Shown here: positions 37,394 through 50,817 of the stretch, piece by piece
Layout of the letters: each line of letters opens with the position of its first letter
Numbering within the stretch: position 1 is the first letter of the stretch
Source of the DNA: Marsupella aquatica
Taxonomy: Eukaryota; Plantae; Marchantiophyta
Length of the DNA stretch: 64,000 nt
Direction of reading: 5' to 3'
NCBI GenBank assembly: GCA_973895155.1
Contig: OZ316891.1
Span: forward strand, 11,161,875-11,225,874
Made by a program: the position numbers and the translations under genes
Notes under the pieces: generated by a model
The model's database searches: none
What the model saw: the letters and a program-made list of their open reading frames with translations, nothing else
Told to the model about the DNA's origin: nothing

Positions 37394-38899
37394 AGATCAA
37401 TGTCTGATCAAATGAATTGTATAAGTTCGTTGAGTTCAAGTTTGGACCATGGCTAGCAGCTTACCTTAATTGCAAATGGCCAGAAATCTTATTCAGGGTG
37501 CCATTAACTCTTTAACAAGGAAGTTATCAAGTTAGTTATTAATCATTGTTTATTATATAAATATTACTCTTTAAATATTTGAATTTAATTTTTAAAATTG
37601 GATATAACTAAAATAGTTACATAGTGACAGTTTTCACCATCTTTCTCTTTGCATTTCTAATTGTTTACTTTTCTTTTTATGGCATGGCGTCCCAAAGGTT
37701 ACACCCGAATTGACACAAACACAAATGAAGACTTTAAGTTTGATTCACAAAACTGATGAATCTGATTTGTTGCAGTTATGGTTGACGTGACACATTGTGG
37801 TGCCAGGAAGTTTGGAATGGACCTCTCATGGGGTCCGTAATTAAAAACTTGCTTTATAAAAAGGGGAGTTGCATACCCGGGGCAAGGCAGTCTTCCCCGA
37901 TGAGACTCATGTTCATTTCTCATGTTTATTATTGCGTGAGCAAGCTAGGAGCTAGGCTAACAATCTTGAAGCTTGTACTTGGAGCTTGGTGTGGCTATGG
38001 TGGGCCGGCCAAAACTTAGTTAGTAAAGCTCTTGCATTCTCGTGAACATAGCCTTGATGGATGAAGGTGAATCATGTATTCACAGTGTCATCGTGATCTT
38101 GCTTGCTGCACTCTCCTTTCTCTTGTATGTAGTTGCCAAAATTCTCAACAGGCTTACCCAAAGGTGTTCACAAGCACTTATAGAGGGTCTGCACTTACAT
38201 GTCTGTAGTTCAGTCCAGCCCTCTTTGCACTTACAACAACTGCAAAATGGTCGGGAAATAGGGAAGAACGGCACGCCTTGCAATTAGCCAGGGTTCGCAC
38301 TCATGGAGAGTGTGCACTTAGAGAGAGACGACTCTATTCGAAAAACACAGTGACCAAACAGTCTTGAGTGAGTCTCGAGTCACACCAATGGTTCATTTCT
38401 CCCGAGGAAAACGGCAGTCTAGAAATGTGGGATTGTGAGAAATGTGGAGAAAGCGGGTATCGAAGTATGTGCTGGGCCGATCCGTAAAGTGGAGGAATGT
38501 GTTACTGTCCATGTGATGTTCTTCTGGACTGAGATTGAGCACAGTAAGCACCACGTGGGACGTTGTTTTGGACTCCATTTGATTCGTGGAAATGTCGAAG
38601 TATCTGACATGATTGTTTCTGAGGGAGCCTTTTGTGAGCACTACACCCGTAAAATTAAGGTTACGTGTGCGCGAAGAGGCATTGTATTTGAAGGCGATGG
38701 AGGTGTTGAGAATATTAGGTCAGGCAGAGCAGTGCTGAATCAGGAGATTCATCAACGAAGAGGAGGAATGAGGGAAGGTTGAGGATGATGGAAAGATCAC
38801 GAGAATGAAGATTTTAGGGTGGGAGGTGTTTTGTCGATAAGCCACAGTGGATGGAAGAAGAATATCTCCAAATTGCGTGAGGAGACAAAAGAATGAGCC

Positions 38900-40231
38900 A
38901 TGGTGGATGCGGGGAACCCGAGACGGGTCAGGCCGGCATGGCTCAACCAGTATGAGCTGGTGGGCAAAATCGGCGAAGGGACGTATGGATTGGTGTATCT
39001 AGCTCGCAGCAAGCAGCTTCCGCACCGAGGTGTCCGCATTGCCATTAAGAAATTCAAGCAGTCCAAGGAAGGAGATGGCGTTTCTCCCACGGCGATCAGG
39101 GAGATCATGCTACTCAGGGAATGCGTCCACGACAACATCGTCAAGCTCGTCAACGTCCACATCAATTACATTGACATGTCTCTGTACTTGGCCTTTGACT
39201 ATGCAGAGCATGACCTGTATGAGATTATTCGGCATCACAGAGAGAAGCTGAGCTTTTCCATCAACCAGTATACGGTTAAGTCTCTTCTGTGGCAGATTCT
39301 CAATGGCCTGAACTATCTGCACAGCAATTGGATCATCCATCGTGACCTCAAGCCGTCCAACATTCTGGTGATGGGGGATGGGGAAGAGCACGGTGTGGTG
39401 AAAATTGGCGACTTTGGTTTGGCTCGAATACACCAGGCTCCTCTGAAACCATTGTCTGAAAATGGAGTGGTGGTCACGATTTGGTACAGAGCGCCTGAGC
39501 TTCTTCTTGGAGCGAAGCACTACACCAGTGCTGTCGACATGTGGGCTGTAGGATGCATATTTGCAGAACTGCTCACGCTGAAGCCTCTCTTTCAAGGTAT
39601 TGAGGACAAGAACGGGCCCAACCCGTTCCAGCTCGATCAGCTGGACAAGATTTTTAAAATTCTGGGCCATCCGACTTCGGACCGATGGCCGACCCTGCTC
39701 AACCTGCCTTTTTGGCACGCAAACCGGCAGCTAATCCAGGGACGGAAGTATGACAATCCTGGTCTGTACAGCATCGTTCAGCTGCCAGCAAAGTCTCCGG
39801 CTTTTGACCTGCTTGCGAAGATGTTGGAATACGACCCTGCAAAGCGCATCTCTGCAGCTCAAGCTTTGGAGCACCAGTATTTTCGAGTGGAGCCCTTGCC
39901 GGGAAGGAATGCTCTTGTTCCGAGTCAACCAGGTGAAAAGATGGTGGTGTATCCACCTCGGCCAGTGGATGGGTCCACAGACTTTGATGGCTCTACAGCA
40001 CCCCCTCAGAGTAATTCCAATTCGGTGCCTCAACAGCAGCTGCAGAGAGGCGACCACATTATGCAAGTGCCCCAAATGCATCAGCAGATTCAAGTGCCTG
40101 GAATGCAAAGAGTCCAGAATGCCAACATGAACAATTTTAATGTCGGTCAACAGGGACGCAGGAAGGAGCCGGACTCTGGGAATCAGAATTACAACAACTA
40201 TCAGCTCCAAAACAAATCGAGGCGAATGTGA
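38900..40231 (+). CDS. CDKE1: Cyclin-dependent kinase E-1 / CDK8 (Mediator kinase), single coding exon, 443 aa
   Basis: GEGTYG loop, diagnostic SPTAIRE helix, [14 protein letters not shown]...[21 protein letters not shown] and a Gln-rich tail. Confidence 0.96.
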   Translation: MVDAGNPRRVRPAWLNQYELVGKIGEGTYGLVYLARSKQLPHRGVRIAIKKFKQSKEGDGVSPTAIREIMLLRECVHDNIVKLVNVHINYIDMSLYLAFDYAEHDLYEIIRHHREKLSFSINQYTVKSLLWQILNGLNYLHSNWIIHRDLKPSNILVMGDGEEHGVVKIGDFGLARIHQAPLKPLSENGVVVTIWYRAPELLLGAKHYTSAVDMWAVGCIFAELLTLKPLFQGIEDKNGPNPFQLDQLDKIFKILGHPTSDRWPTLLNLPFWHANRQLIQGRKYDNPGLYSIVQLPAKSPAFDLLAKMLEYDPAKRISAAQALEHQYFRVEPLPGRNALVPSQPGEKMVVYPPRPVDGSTDFDGSTAPPQSNSNSVPQQQLQRGDHIMQVPQMHQQIQVPGMQRVQNANMNNFNVGQQGRRKEPDSGNQNYNNYQLQNKSRRM

Positions 40232-41149
40232 GGTTGCAGAGATATGTGCTGAGTTGGAGATAATGTCTTTCAGCCCTCATCATGTTTTGTATACAATCGT
40301 CGTCTGTTCTCCAGGTAATGACCTCATCAACTTCTTCTGTGCCTGTCTGACCTCATCTAAGTGTCATTTCTATTACTGGCTCTGAGGACCAGCTGAATAT
40401 CTGGGCGTTTCTTGATTTTACTGTTCTTGAGCATGTAAGATAGGTCATTTGCTGAGATTCTCTTTTATATTTCACTACGCATAAGAAGGTCCACGAGGGT
40501 CCATCGATGCAGGTGATGACATGTTGGCAGCCTTCGACCCTTTGAAAGAACCTCTACCGACGCATTCACAGATGCTGGACAAGAAGGGAACTGGATAGGT
40601 CCACCTCAATTTCTTTCAAGTCCAAAAGTGAAAAATTAACCGGGATCTTAGCTCCACCAGGACGCAATCAATGAAAAGCTGCTGACAATCTTCGCTTTTT
40701 CTTCATGGTGCAGGACTCTATGGGACAGTGTGCAGAATCTCGGATGGGGATATCATCTAGTGTATTTCACTGCACAGCAACAATTGGGATCTATTCTCAT
40801 GATGAACGCTCTGGCTCTGAATCTCTAGTGAGCCAATTCTCAGGTTGCAAAACGTCTTGATCATATGGTTTGCATCAGCCCATATGTTCAGTATCTGGAA
40901 CACACCCATTTGACCAACTATTGAAGTGTAAATATAATACAAGTAACTTCCTGCCAGCATGAAACAAAGTCTCTCCCTTATATATATGCCAGTATTGGTG
41001 TCTTTAAAGGAAGCATATGTCTTCTACCTCTTCAAGCGACCATCTTGATACTGGGAAGAGCTTATGTTGATCTGGTGCTTGGCCTCCACCCTGACAGACC
41101 TTTGTATTATTGCTTAATTTTGGATGTAATGTAGATGCGTTTCAAACTT

Positions 41150-41181
41150 TTTCGTTTCGTTTCGTTCCGTTCCGTTTCGTT
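41150..41181. repeat. (TTTCG/TTCCG)n microsatellite
   Basis: tttcgtttcgtttcgttccgttccgtttcgtt. Confidence 0.8.
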
Positions 41182-43884
41182 GTTATTTGTTGTTCTCTAC
41201 CTACATTGTAAGAGCATGAACAATTGAAATTTCTGAGGTATTTGTCCAACAATCCTAATCAAACATCACCCACGACATCACAAAAGAGGGAGATGAAAAG
41301 GTCCTCGAGGGTGCCCAGATTTCCTCATTAGGGTCCGGAGAGAATTCGACTTCAGTGGCCACTTTTCCCGCTGATTTCATTAAAAACAGTGTGATATCAG
41401 GGTCACAATAACCTGTGTATGTAGAGAGGGGTTCTGTCCCTATCCCTCTATTCTTGTCGTCTGGAGAACCGATCACTTTCAGCTCTTCCCTTTGGACAGC
41501 TAAACACCCTGATCATGTCACTTCGTCAAAAACTGCAGTGGCCTGTTCGTTGAATTGATCTTCTCAATCTCTTTGATCATTGATCTCTCAATCTCTTTTA
41601 TCATGGTCTCTTTTCAGGCTTGGAGGATGGAAGGCCAGCGTTCCAATGATGGATTTAACCCACTACCAAGGGGACGAAAATGATGGCTCAGAAATGTCGC
41701 CCTCCAGTGAAACCAAGTGTGGATCCGAGCGAGTTCCCAAAAAACCTGAACTTGAGGAGAATTCCAAGATGATTGCCACTTTCATGCAAAAGCAGGCAAG
41801 CACAAAGCCATTGAGGTGGGTGAAGAAGCAGAGGGGTGCTCCAAGTCTTTGACCTACAAGAAGAACCCATGAGTGCAAGTTTCCGAAATTGTTGATAATG
41901 TGGAGGAGATCCAATTTTGATGAAATGTAAGCCTGATGAAGACCAAAAACATGGGTCAGAAATGCAGATCTTATGGAGGAAACCCAAATTTGAATAAATG
42001 TATGCCATAAGATAATTAGTTGTGCCATGATCTAAGCCCTATGAGGTAGGTGACATGCATCACAAAATCAACAATCATGAAAGAGAAATAAAAAAGTTCC
42101 TCAGTGGAAAATAATGTATCACAGGAATCAAGGTTGAGCAAGGAGTGATACCTTTTCATTTGGTTAAGGTGATCACCTAGGGTTTAAGCCCGGTCCAGTT
42201 TATTATAGTGTGTTTAACAAAAGAGTGGTAAACCATGCACTACTAAGGAAAGAAGCTACCTATATTGGACTTATTCTAGGCCTATGATATTTTAAGGTTT
42301 GTTAAAATAGCAACCAAAATTATAACCTAACTTCTTCATGGTTAATGAAGAGAATGATGAGCTGCATTTTCTAGAAGACTAAGGCAGAATGCAAATTCTA
42401 AGAACCACAAGTTTGGATGGATGTCCATCCAAGGCTTCAAGTTTATCTATTGGATGAGATCTGAAGTGCTATCAAAAACCATAATAAGAGGCTGTGCCCC
42501 AAAATGGTGTGGTCGTCATTCAAAATTTTGTGCGTCGTTTTGGGTGACAAAAATTGAAACTGGTAAAATTGGAACCAAACAAGAGGGAAAAAACGGATTG
42601 TGACTGGAGGCGGCAGATTGCAGTGGCAATTGTTTCAGATTGCATTCCCACCCCGGCCAGACCCTCCCTCTGACAACCGCTGCGCTCCCGGCTGCACTTC
42701 AACAAACGCCCCTCCCTCCCTCCAACAACGACCCTGGCTGCAGACGACCACTGTGGCCCAAGAACAAGTGTTCCCCAAGTTCGGCCTTTGGGTTGACCAG
42801 ACCCACGTGGCCCCTTGACCCATGTTTGCCTTGCCACCCAGCTCCGTCCAGGCACGGCCGAGGCCACTCCGGTCGCACCAACTTTCACCATTTTTAGTTA
42901 CCTTTTCCTGAAATTGTGGAACAAAGACTCACTCTAGAGAAGAGAAATGTGAAAAAGTGAGAAGTTTTGGAGATTTCTCCTTTTACATGTACAGTGGTGG
43001 TTTAAAACACAGCTGCACATATAAGAGCTAGGGGTAGACCCTAGCATTAATTTTCACCATGAGGGGTGGGCACGGGTGAGGTTGACTTTTTTTGGTAGGG
43101 CTTAACTATTCAATGCCACTAAGAATGAACAAGAGGTGGGCATTGCGCGGGAAAGGGGGCCTTTTAGATTGGTTGGTGTGGTTTAAATCATCATCATACT
43201 TAGCCAGGTGAACCTTCAAATGGAATTCTTCTGCATGGCAAGCCTGCACCTATTTGTAACAGTCCATCCCGGTTTGAAGTTACGGGCAAGTTGCCGAGTT
43301 GCCCAGCACGTAAACTCATCATTTGCTGGACGAAAATGGCTCTATTTGTTGGATATTCCCGATTATTCCCCAGCCCGGCCCGGCCCGAACCATTCCTGGC
43401 CAAGACCCGGCCTCATCCCGGACCCTGCAGCCCTGCCCTGCACACCTGGCCCGGCCTGTCACCCGCACCCGGCCTCCTCCCCTCCTCCCTGCCTGCCTAA
43501 CCCTAAACTCCAGCCCACGGGGTGGGGGTGGGGGGAGACCGGGGGCCGACTTGCCGGTTGACGGCCTCCAAAGGCTCTATTTGCCGGGCAAGTCCAAACC
43601 GGGCGGTCCGTAGTTGCATTCAAAGTGCCAATCCAGAGGACACTAGCCCCAATGACCCCTTACTTGGACATAAATATATATGAAAAAAAATCTTGTACAA
43701 TACAATCTATATACTATTTTGGTTAGTCTTTGTCTCATCCTTGTTTTTTTCCATACTCATTTCACATATATCGTTATTTAGATTTTAGAGTCAATGTCGC
43801 TTTTGTCTATCCTCATTTAAAATTTTGACATTATTTAACCTCATTGTCAGTTTTGTGAATTTTGGGAGTTATATTGGGAGTTAC

Positions 43885-43920
43885 TATCTAGAGTGAAACC
43901 TAGAGGTTTCACTCTAGATA
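43885..43920. other. Perfect 17-bp inverted repeat with a 2-nt spacer
   Basis: TATCTAGAGTGAAACCT-AG-AGGTTTCACTCTAGATA. Confidence 0.9.
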
Positions 43921-44745
43921 ACTTAAGAGTAGGCTTAAGTTGACTCTTTTATAGTAAGATTACTTTTCTGGACCCCCTTTTGCCATCGGAATGAAAGAAA
44001 AAAAAACATTCTAAAGACATGTTCTCCTAGTTCAAAAGCGTTAGGAATCTTATCCAAACACAAAATTTGTAATTTTTCAGTGACGCAAACTATTAAAAAC
44101 TTTGATTTGAATTGGGTGCTCGTAGAACTCCACCTGCATCTAGGAATCTTATCCAAAAGGTTTGGAACGATCGAGATTTAAAGAAGTTTTGGCGTCGAAA
44201 ACTAATAAACCTTTGCTTTCAAAATTCGGTTCTCGTAGAATTCCAAGTGCATTCACATAAAGTAGATCGATCTCTTTTGGCAGCAAAGACAAAGTGGAGG
44301 TGAATGTTCCAAGACGCGTTGTTTGTGTCTGCTGGGTTCCGGGCATTCATTCATCCGTGGAGTATCAGATTTTCGTGAGTTTAGAATGTCCACGGACAGA
44401 AGGCAAGAAAGCCCAATTAAGAGCCAAGCGTTGCAACTCTTTACTGAATAGATTGCACTCTGTCATTCAAGAGTTCTCCGAAACCACGATTGGTCTTGTG
44501 TGAGCTCAATTAACTCGTAATCCGTCTTGGCAGTAGAGTTTGCAAACCTCGCCGGACGTTGCTAGCCTACATCAATAAGATCTATACTGTAGAATTTCGG
44601 TATTCTCTTTTAGTTGGCAAGTACTTGCGATGGAATTGATGTGGAGCTGATTGTGAATGTTGGCGAGGATCAGTCCCCGACACGAGGTAGGTCCAGAGGA
44701 CGGAGGAGAACCCTAGCTGTGTTGTGGTGTGTTGCAGCTGGCGCC

Positions 44746-47700
44746 ATGGTGGAGGCTACTGTCAACACCGATCTGCCCCTGTCCCAAAGCCTGAAAGAGC
44801 TTCAAGACGCCGCCGATCGAATCTTCGATGCCATTTCCAAGCGGGTAAGCAGAATCGAAGTTGACACTGAACTTGCAAGGGAGGAAAGGAACGACTTGAT
44901 GAATGAATTGTGTGGCAACAATCGAGAGGCTTGGCTTTCCATGGGAATGATTCTGCTGTGCGAATGTCTTCCAATTGGGAACCTTGACGAATTGAAGATC
45001 GCAGTTTTATTGATCACATAGATGTAAACATTGAATTCTTGGATTCTCAAGTTTGGAAAGGGCCGGTCGAAATTCCCTGAAAACAACTGTCTGGCCATAT
45101 CAGAACCTATGAACCATCTATCTATGGGAATCAATTTACTAGGTCAAATTGGAGAGTGGGTGTTTCCCACGTAATTTTGATCCTTTCTGATGTATCTTCT
45201 GTAATCTGCTATGGACCATTTTTGTTTTTGGATCGTGGCAGGTTAGCTCACAACATCAACAGTTAAAGGGCCTCTCGGAGAGAATAGTATCTGCTCAGGT
45301 GGGGTGATAGGGTGGGTGAGTTTGATTCTCCACAAAGCGCCAGCACCTTCATCTTGGCTTGTCTTCTGTTTGGTGTTCTGAATATTTTCTTCCATTTCTG
45401 TAGTGAGCAACTAATGTTAACCCCAACAAAGCAATGGGCAGGCAAAGGTGGATGCAATATCAGGCACAAAGCGGGCCACCACCATATATTCGAGTGCAAA
45501 ATATCCTCGAGCGGACCCTGCATTGGCTGATTTCGTTCCTTTGTTTGCGGGCCCTGCACAAAGCGAATGCAAACCCCGTGCTGATACAGTGTCATTGGAC
45601 ACTGGGCAATGGCAGGTATAGTACTACACTTCTTCTGTAGGTCACATTCTGTTCAATCATTTAATTGACTCTCTAGAATGAGTGGTATAGTACACTTCTT
45701 ATGTTCACATTAAAATGGTGCGTGAAAGATTCTCAAAGAGGACTGGTTCGTTTGTTTCTTGCATTGGTACTTTCTCTGGCAGAGTCAAGAAGAGGGGACT
45801 CTGGAGCTTTTCCAGTTCTTCTCAGAGACAAGTCACGAGTATTGGTTGAAAGATCACAAACACAAGGTGAAGACTGATACCATTACTAAGCGTCTTTGTC
45901 GGTCTCATGGTACCTTCTACTTCAATGCTCGTGTTGTCACATTAACAGTTTGTAGACCCAAACTGCGCCCCAGGCCAAGAGATCAAGATGTCCGAATAGC
46001 GCGGGGATGAAATCCATCTATTCTCTCTGAGTATTCGAGTGTTTATTAACGATCAGTACAGACGAGTTCTTAAGTGGTTAATATTTGTGAAGGTCTAGTG
46101 ATTTTGGTAATTTGAGGGACCCAGAATGGGATTGTGTATAGTTCCGTGGTTGACTCAGTTTGGCAGCCATTCATAATTGTTATTTCCATCACAGGATGGT
46201 GTTGGGAAAGTTCCCCTCGGAATCAAGTCCGTTGCAGACCTTTTACTATTCAATTCTACGGAACTTCCTTATCACAAGTTGGTTCTCCTGGTTGCCCACT
46301 GAGTATTTACCTTCATTTCTAGGGGTGGTTTTGGTTCATTTGTTTAATTTGGTTTCTGTCCCGATCTCTGAGGATTTGTCTCACTTACCTTATATATTCA
46401 ACTCGAAGCACAAGGGAAGGCGGCACTGTACAGCATTAGAAGAAGCATCATGTTCCGAACCAGTTCAATTTCTGGGTTTCTTCTTGTTTTTCCCTTGTTT
46501 TGTCTCCTTTTTTCTTTTGTCTGTTCACCATAGCTTTTTGCATGACAATGACACATCAGGTATACGGTAGTGGATAACCTGGCCGGATCAGAACAGCTCA
46601 TTGTTCAGGAGGAGCTGGGTATCAGACCTGCTCCCTTGCCTGCTGCTCCACAAAGTGTCTTGGCTGGAGATGTCCAGGTGCGTTTGTCTGTACTTACTTC
46701 GAAGTCGTTTTTGTACTGGGTTCATAGTCTTATCTTCTGACATAAGGAACCCCTTCCATCTTATGTTTGAATCTTACTTCAACAATTTAGAGTGTTATAT
46801 GAAATCGATACTTAAACGCATGTTTGAGACTATTCTGTTATTTTCTGCTCTTTCTCGTAGTTTTGACATCCGTACCCCATTCGTCCAGTCCTGATCTCGG
46901 ACAGAATTATGCCTTCAGCTTGGTAACATGATGTCCTGGAATCCTTCAGCCCAGACCAGAAGGTGACGAGTTCGGATTCAGACCAGTGTTTCGACAAATA
47001 CCGTCTTTCAGCTTACCCCCTGTCTTACCCGATCTTCCAATGGTTGCGGAGATTAGCTGGAGTGGTATGTTCTCCTATCTGCGTTTTGAGCTGACTGCTC
47101 ATGCTCATGGATAGCAGATTATCAAATATGTGGACTGCACTGCCTACGTCATAGGTGTTAATAAATATTCAGATGTCCCCGTCGACTCTCAGACGGTTGT
47201 TTTCCATGACTATGCGGGGGTAATGCAGAGAGCTCTTTTTCTCTGTGCTATTCGTGAAAGAAAGACGTAGACGCTAAGGGTGTTATTCTCTATGGCCGCA
47301 ACTTTCGTTGGAGCTCACTTGTTGATATGATGGGCACCTCCTACTTGAAGAATTGAAACTATGTCATTCTCTCGGTGTTACTTCTAAGCAGGAGATTCAA
47401 TTTTCTAAAAGGAAATTAGGAAGGCTTAATTGTTTGTGATAATTGCCGTTGCGGTGGATGATCTGAGAAACGGACCTGCTTCTTGTAGGTATGAGAGGTG
47501 GTATTGACCAGCTACCATCCATCGCCCCCTCTGCTGTTCATGGTGGACCATACTCACCGAGGAGCAATTACAGTGTATCGCCAAGATTTGACAGTGCTTT
47601 GGGATCCACCAGATTTTACCCGGCTTCAGTATCTGCAAGATTGGACTCTACTTCCGAGAATGGTGCTTGCCGGGTTTTCTCGTCTCCTTGTCTTGACGTT

Positions 47701-50700
47701 GCGTAATGATGTCAAATTTATAAATTTTTATGGATGTTTAGAATGCAATAACATCATATGGAGGCTCTCTTGGAAGTCCTTGCCCGATCAGCTCAACCAA
47801 AGTAATGCTTGCTGCATATTAGGGCCTCTTGTTTTATACGCTGTATCAATGAGCGTGATGACCACATCTTGTATCTTGAATACAAGTAGATCGCTTTCAG
47901 CATTGAATCTGGTGCATAGTCAGGTGGCGTCTGTGAAATATATTGACAGTTGTCGACGAAAATGAGTGGCATATTTGTGTCTCGTGAGCTTGTCATCAAG
48001 TCTTACATTTAGTCATGGGAAATTTGCAGGTTCAAGCCAAAGTGAGAGGAAGGTGGCATCTAGAACCTTGCCACCTCTGAACATGCTTACTTCACCGATA
48101 CAGAGCTCGGTGCAAGCGAAGGCAACTAGCAGCGGAAGTGGTACGAGCAGCACTGGTAGTAGCAACAGTGTTAGGAATTCGCCATCCTTGTCAGCCATAA
48201 GTCAGAGTAAGTTACACACTTGCATATCTTTGCCTTTAACACTGGACTCATCATTGCACATTCGACAACTTATCTATATCAATATTCAGTGAAATAGATC
48301 TCTTTAGAAAGGAATACGGGAAAAGACGTCCACACTTGTTCGACCTTTGCTCGTTTTTTAAAGTTTTGAATGCAACGGTTGTTCATGTCCCTTCAAACTT
48401 TTTCTTACATCACCGACTGGCACCTATGATCTCGATGGAGTTCTAGTGAGCATTAATTTGTTTCATCCATGAGGTGGTAGTCAAACTTACGTGCTCAAGG
48501 AGTGGCCCCAGTTAGGTTGCATGTTTCGAGTACGAGTAGGTGGTTTGAGGATACAGCTCGTGGTCAGCCTGTTATAACGTGCTCATAAATGCAGGTATTG
48601 CCGTGGATTCTTCAAAAGCCCCAACACCCCCACCACGAGTGGCCCCTCCACCTCCGCCAACACCACCTTCACCACCTTTTCAATCTAGCCCAGCAAAAGG
48701 AAGTCAAACGCGTAAACCATCAAACCTGCCAACACTTCCTCCTGTTGGTAAGTAGGAATATGTCCTATCTAGGTCTTTTAACTGCAAATCTGGCCATCAA
48801 ATCTCGGCGTTTGAGGAATATTTCACTATTTATGGAGCAGTTGAATGTCATGTAGATGACTGACATGTAGCTACTGCCTAGCCCATCGTGTTGCATACTT
48901 TCTTCCGAAGTATTTCACTTCTGTTGTCAACTCTAGAACTATTTTGAGCAAGGTTGATCATTCAGTCTATCATGAACAGGAAGTAGTTCTTGGGCATAAA
49001 CAAGCAAGCTGAGTTTCTGCTGTGCCCTACTTATGACGTTGAGGAAGTTATAGTTGGGACTGGCTGTCTCGAGACTTGAGTCAGGTAACTGCTTTCACAT
49101 TGAAACTTTTTTCATAGCTATCGAGAGCGCTTTATACTGACTTAGTGTTCTTATTCCATGTGATATTTCAGATAGCCAGCGAGCAGCGCTAATGGAGTCA
49201 ATACGCAGTTCAGGCCTTGATCTTCTACGCAAGGTCAGCAACTCAACAAACAATTTGGAAGAAAGATCAATAAGATGCAGATTTTTATATGGTTTGATTT
49301 GCTCTTAACTAGCAACTCGAAATTCGAATGGGGTTCGTGTACCTTAGGTGTACACGATAATTTATCAGGAAAACACTCGATTTTTGATGTAATGCATATG
49401 ATTTTCATTCTCTTAGAGAGGCCAGACCACAATAATCTTCCCTTTAGAACCTAACCTTGATTTGTAGAAGACAGGAATGTCCTTATCATGCTCAAAGTGT
49501 CGTTCTTGATAGATATTGCAGATTCTTTAGGTTTCTATTGAGTGTCATAGATTATCCAGATTTGATGTTGAAGGTAGTTTACATTCTAAGAAATTATTCT
49601 GCAGACTCCTCGCTCTGAAACTTCTAGAGTGCTTCCGAAAACCATGGGGAGCCCAGCAATCAGGGGAACAGATGTTGAGGTTCCTGAGAATGTTGCAGAG
49701 AAAGTTCCTGTGAAGATCATTCCTCCTGAAGTTAACAAGGTCCTTTCTAACCTTAAGATTAAAGTAGAGTTTTATCCATAGGTTTTTGTTTAGGAGTTAT
49801 ATCCTTACGACATTTTGTTGCATAGGATGGTATCCCTGAAGCTTATTTATAGTGGCTCTTCCCAGTTATTGATCTCCAATCTGGTTCTTCGAAACTGAGG
49901 GGTAAGTTGCCAATGTAGTGTTGTCGTTGCACTTCTGCAGCCGATGAATCTGATGGCTGAGATGGCAAGGAGTCTGACACTTCGTAGGCTGTCAATGCAA
50001 GGGACATCTCAGGTGGTGGTTTCTAGTTCGTCCTGCTTATTTGTACAACCAATTAATTTATGCATGAAGTAATCATTTTGGACGATGTTCACTAGGCAGG
50101 AAACACCTCTACAAATAATTGACCAGATTGAGTTTTGTCCATAATTGGCTTGTTTCTGCTCATCATTAAACGGCGGCATGAAGGGCTAGAAGTTAGTTGG
50201 GATTTGATTCTCACCTGAGAGGTGATACTAATGAGTTTCCTTGTTGCACAGAGTCCAATGAAACATGACATACAAGTCCCTCCAACAGATGGACAGCAAA
50301 GCATGAATTCAGGACGAATTAGGTAATGACTCGTCCTCTAGTCGTTTAGATAGAAGTTAATATTTAGAATGATATGAGGCGAATGATCCTGAGAGTAGGA
50401 GGCATGTCCAGGAATCCAATTGACATTTCTCAACACGGGCTGTGCCCCTTAACTCCACTGACAAACTTTTTTGCTGGATTTTTGTGGGTGGCACTCGAAC
50501 AATGGATGAAATGGATTTGCAGCCCTTTGGCACTACCCGTAAGTTTATCTAAATATGCAATTACTAAGCGTATACCGGTACCTCAAGATGATTTGAATCT
50601 CTCCAATACATAGTTCAGAATGTACCTGATATCATCATATTCCTGTCAAAATATAGCTTTGGCATAGCATTAAATATTCGGTGTCTACTGAAGACTGTTC

Positions 50701-50817
50701 TACAACTTTTAATCTACTTGTTGTCTGTTTTCACAGAATCTCGGTGCATACATTGCGGAGAAGAATGAGGACCAAAGTGATGACGACGACGACGACGATG
50801 ATGATGAGTGGGATTGA
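44746..50817 (+). CDS. WASH1: WASH complex subunit 1 (WASP-family Arp2/3 nucleation-promoting factor), 16 coding exons, ~556 aa
   Basis: Exons 44746-44844, 45242-45298, 45442-45615, 45783-45866, 46195-46277, 46560-46677, 46950-47064, 47489-47662, 48030-48206, 48595-48747, 49172-49233, 49605-49739, 49941-50012, 50252-50322, 50523-50538, 50737-50817; all GT-AG and phase-consistent. WAHD motifs IYSSAKYP, SVADLLLFNSTELPYHKY, LPDLP, SIAPS. Poly-Pro. WH2 RAALMESIR...LRK. Central LMAEMARSLTLRR. Acidic DDDDDDDDDEWD*. Confidence 0.88.

Noticed and set aside
39110-40210. Long antisense ORFs (202 and 159 aa) over CDKE
   Set aside because: Shadow ORFs of a codon-biased gene.
42520-43613. GC-rich overlapping ORFs
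   Set aside because: Low-complexity Pro/Gly translations in several frames. Probably a degraded TE, but no termini or domains could be defined.
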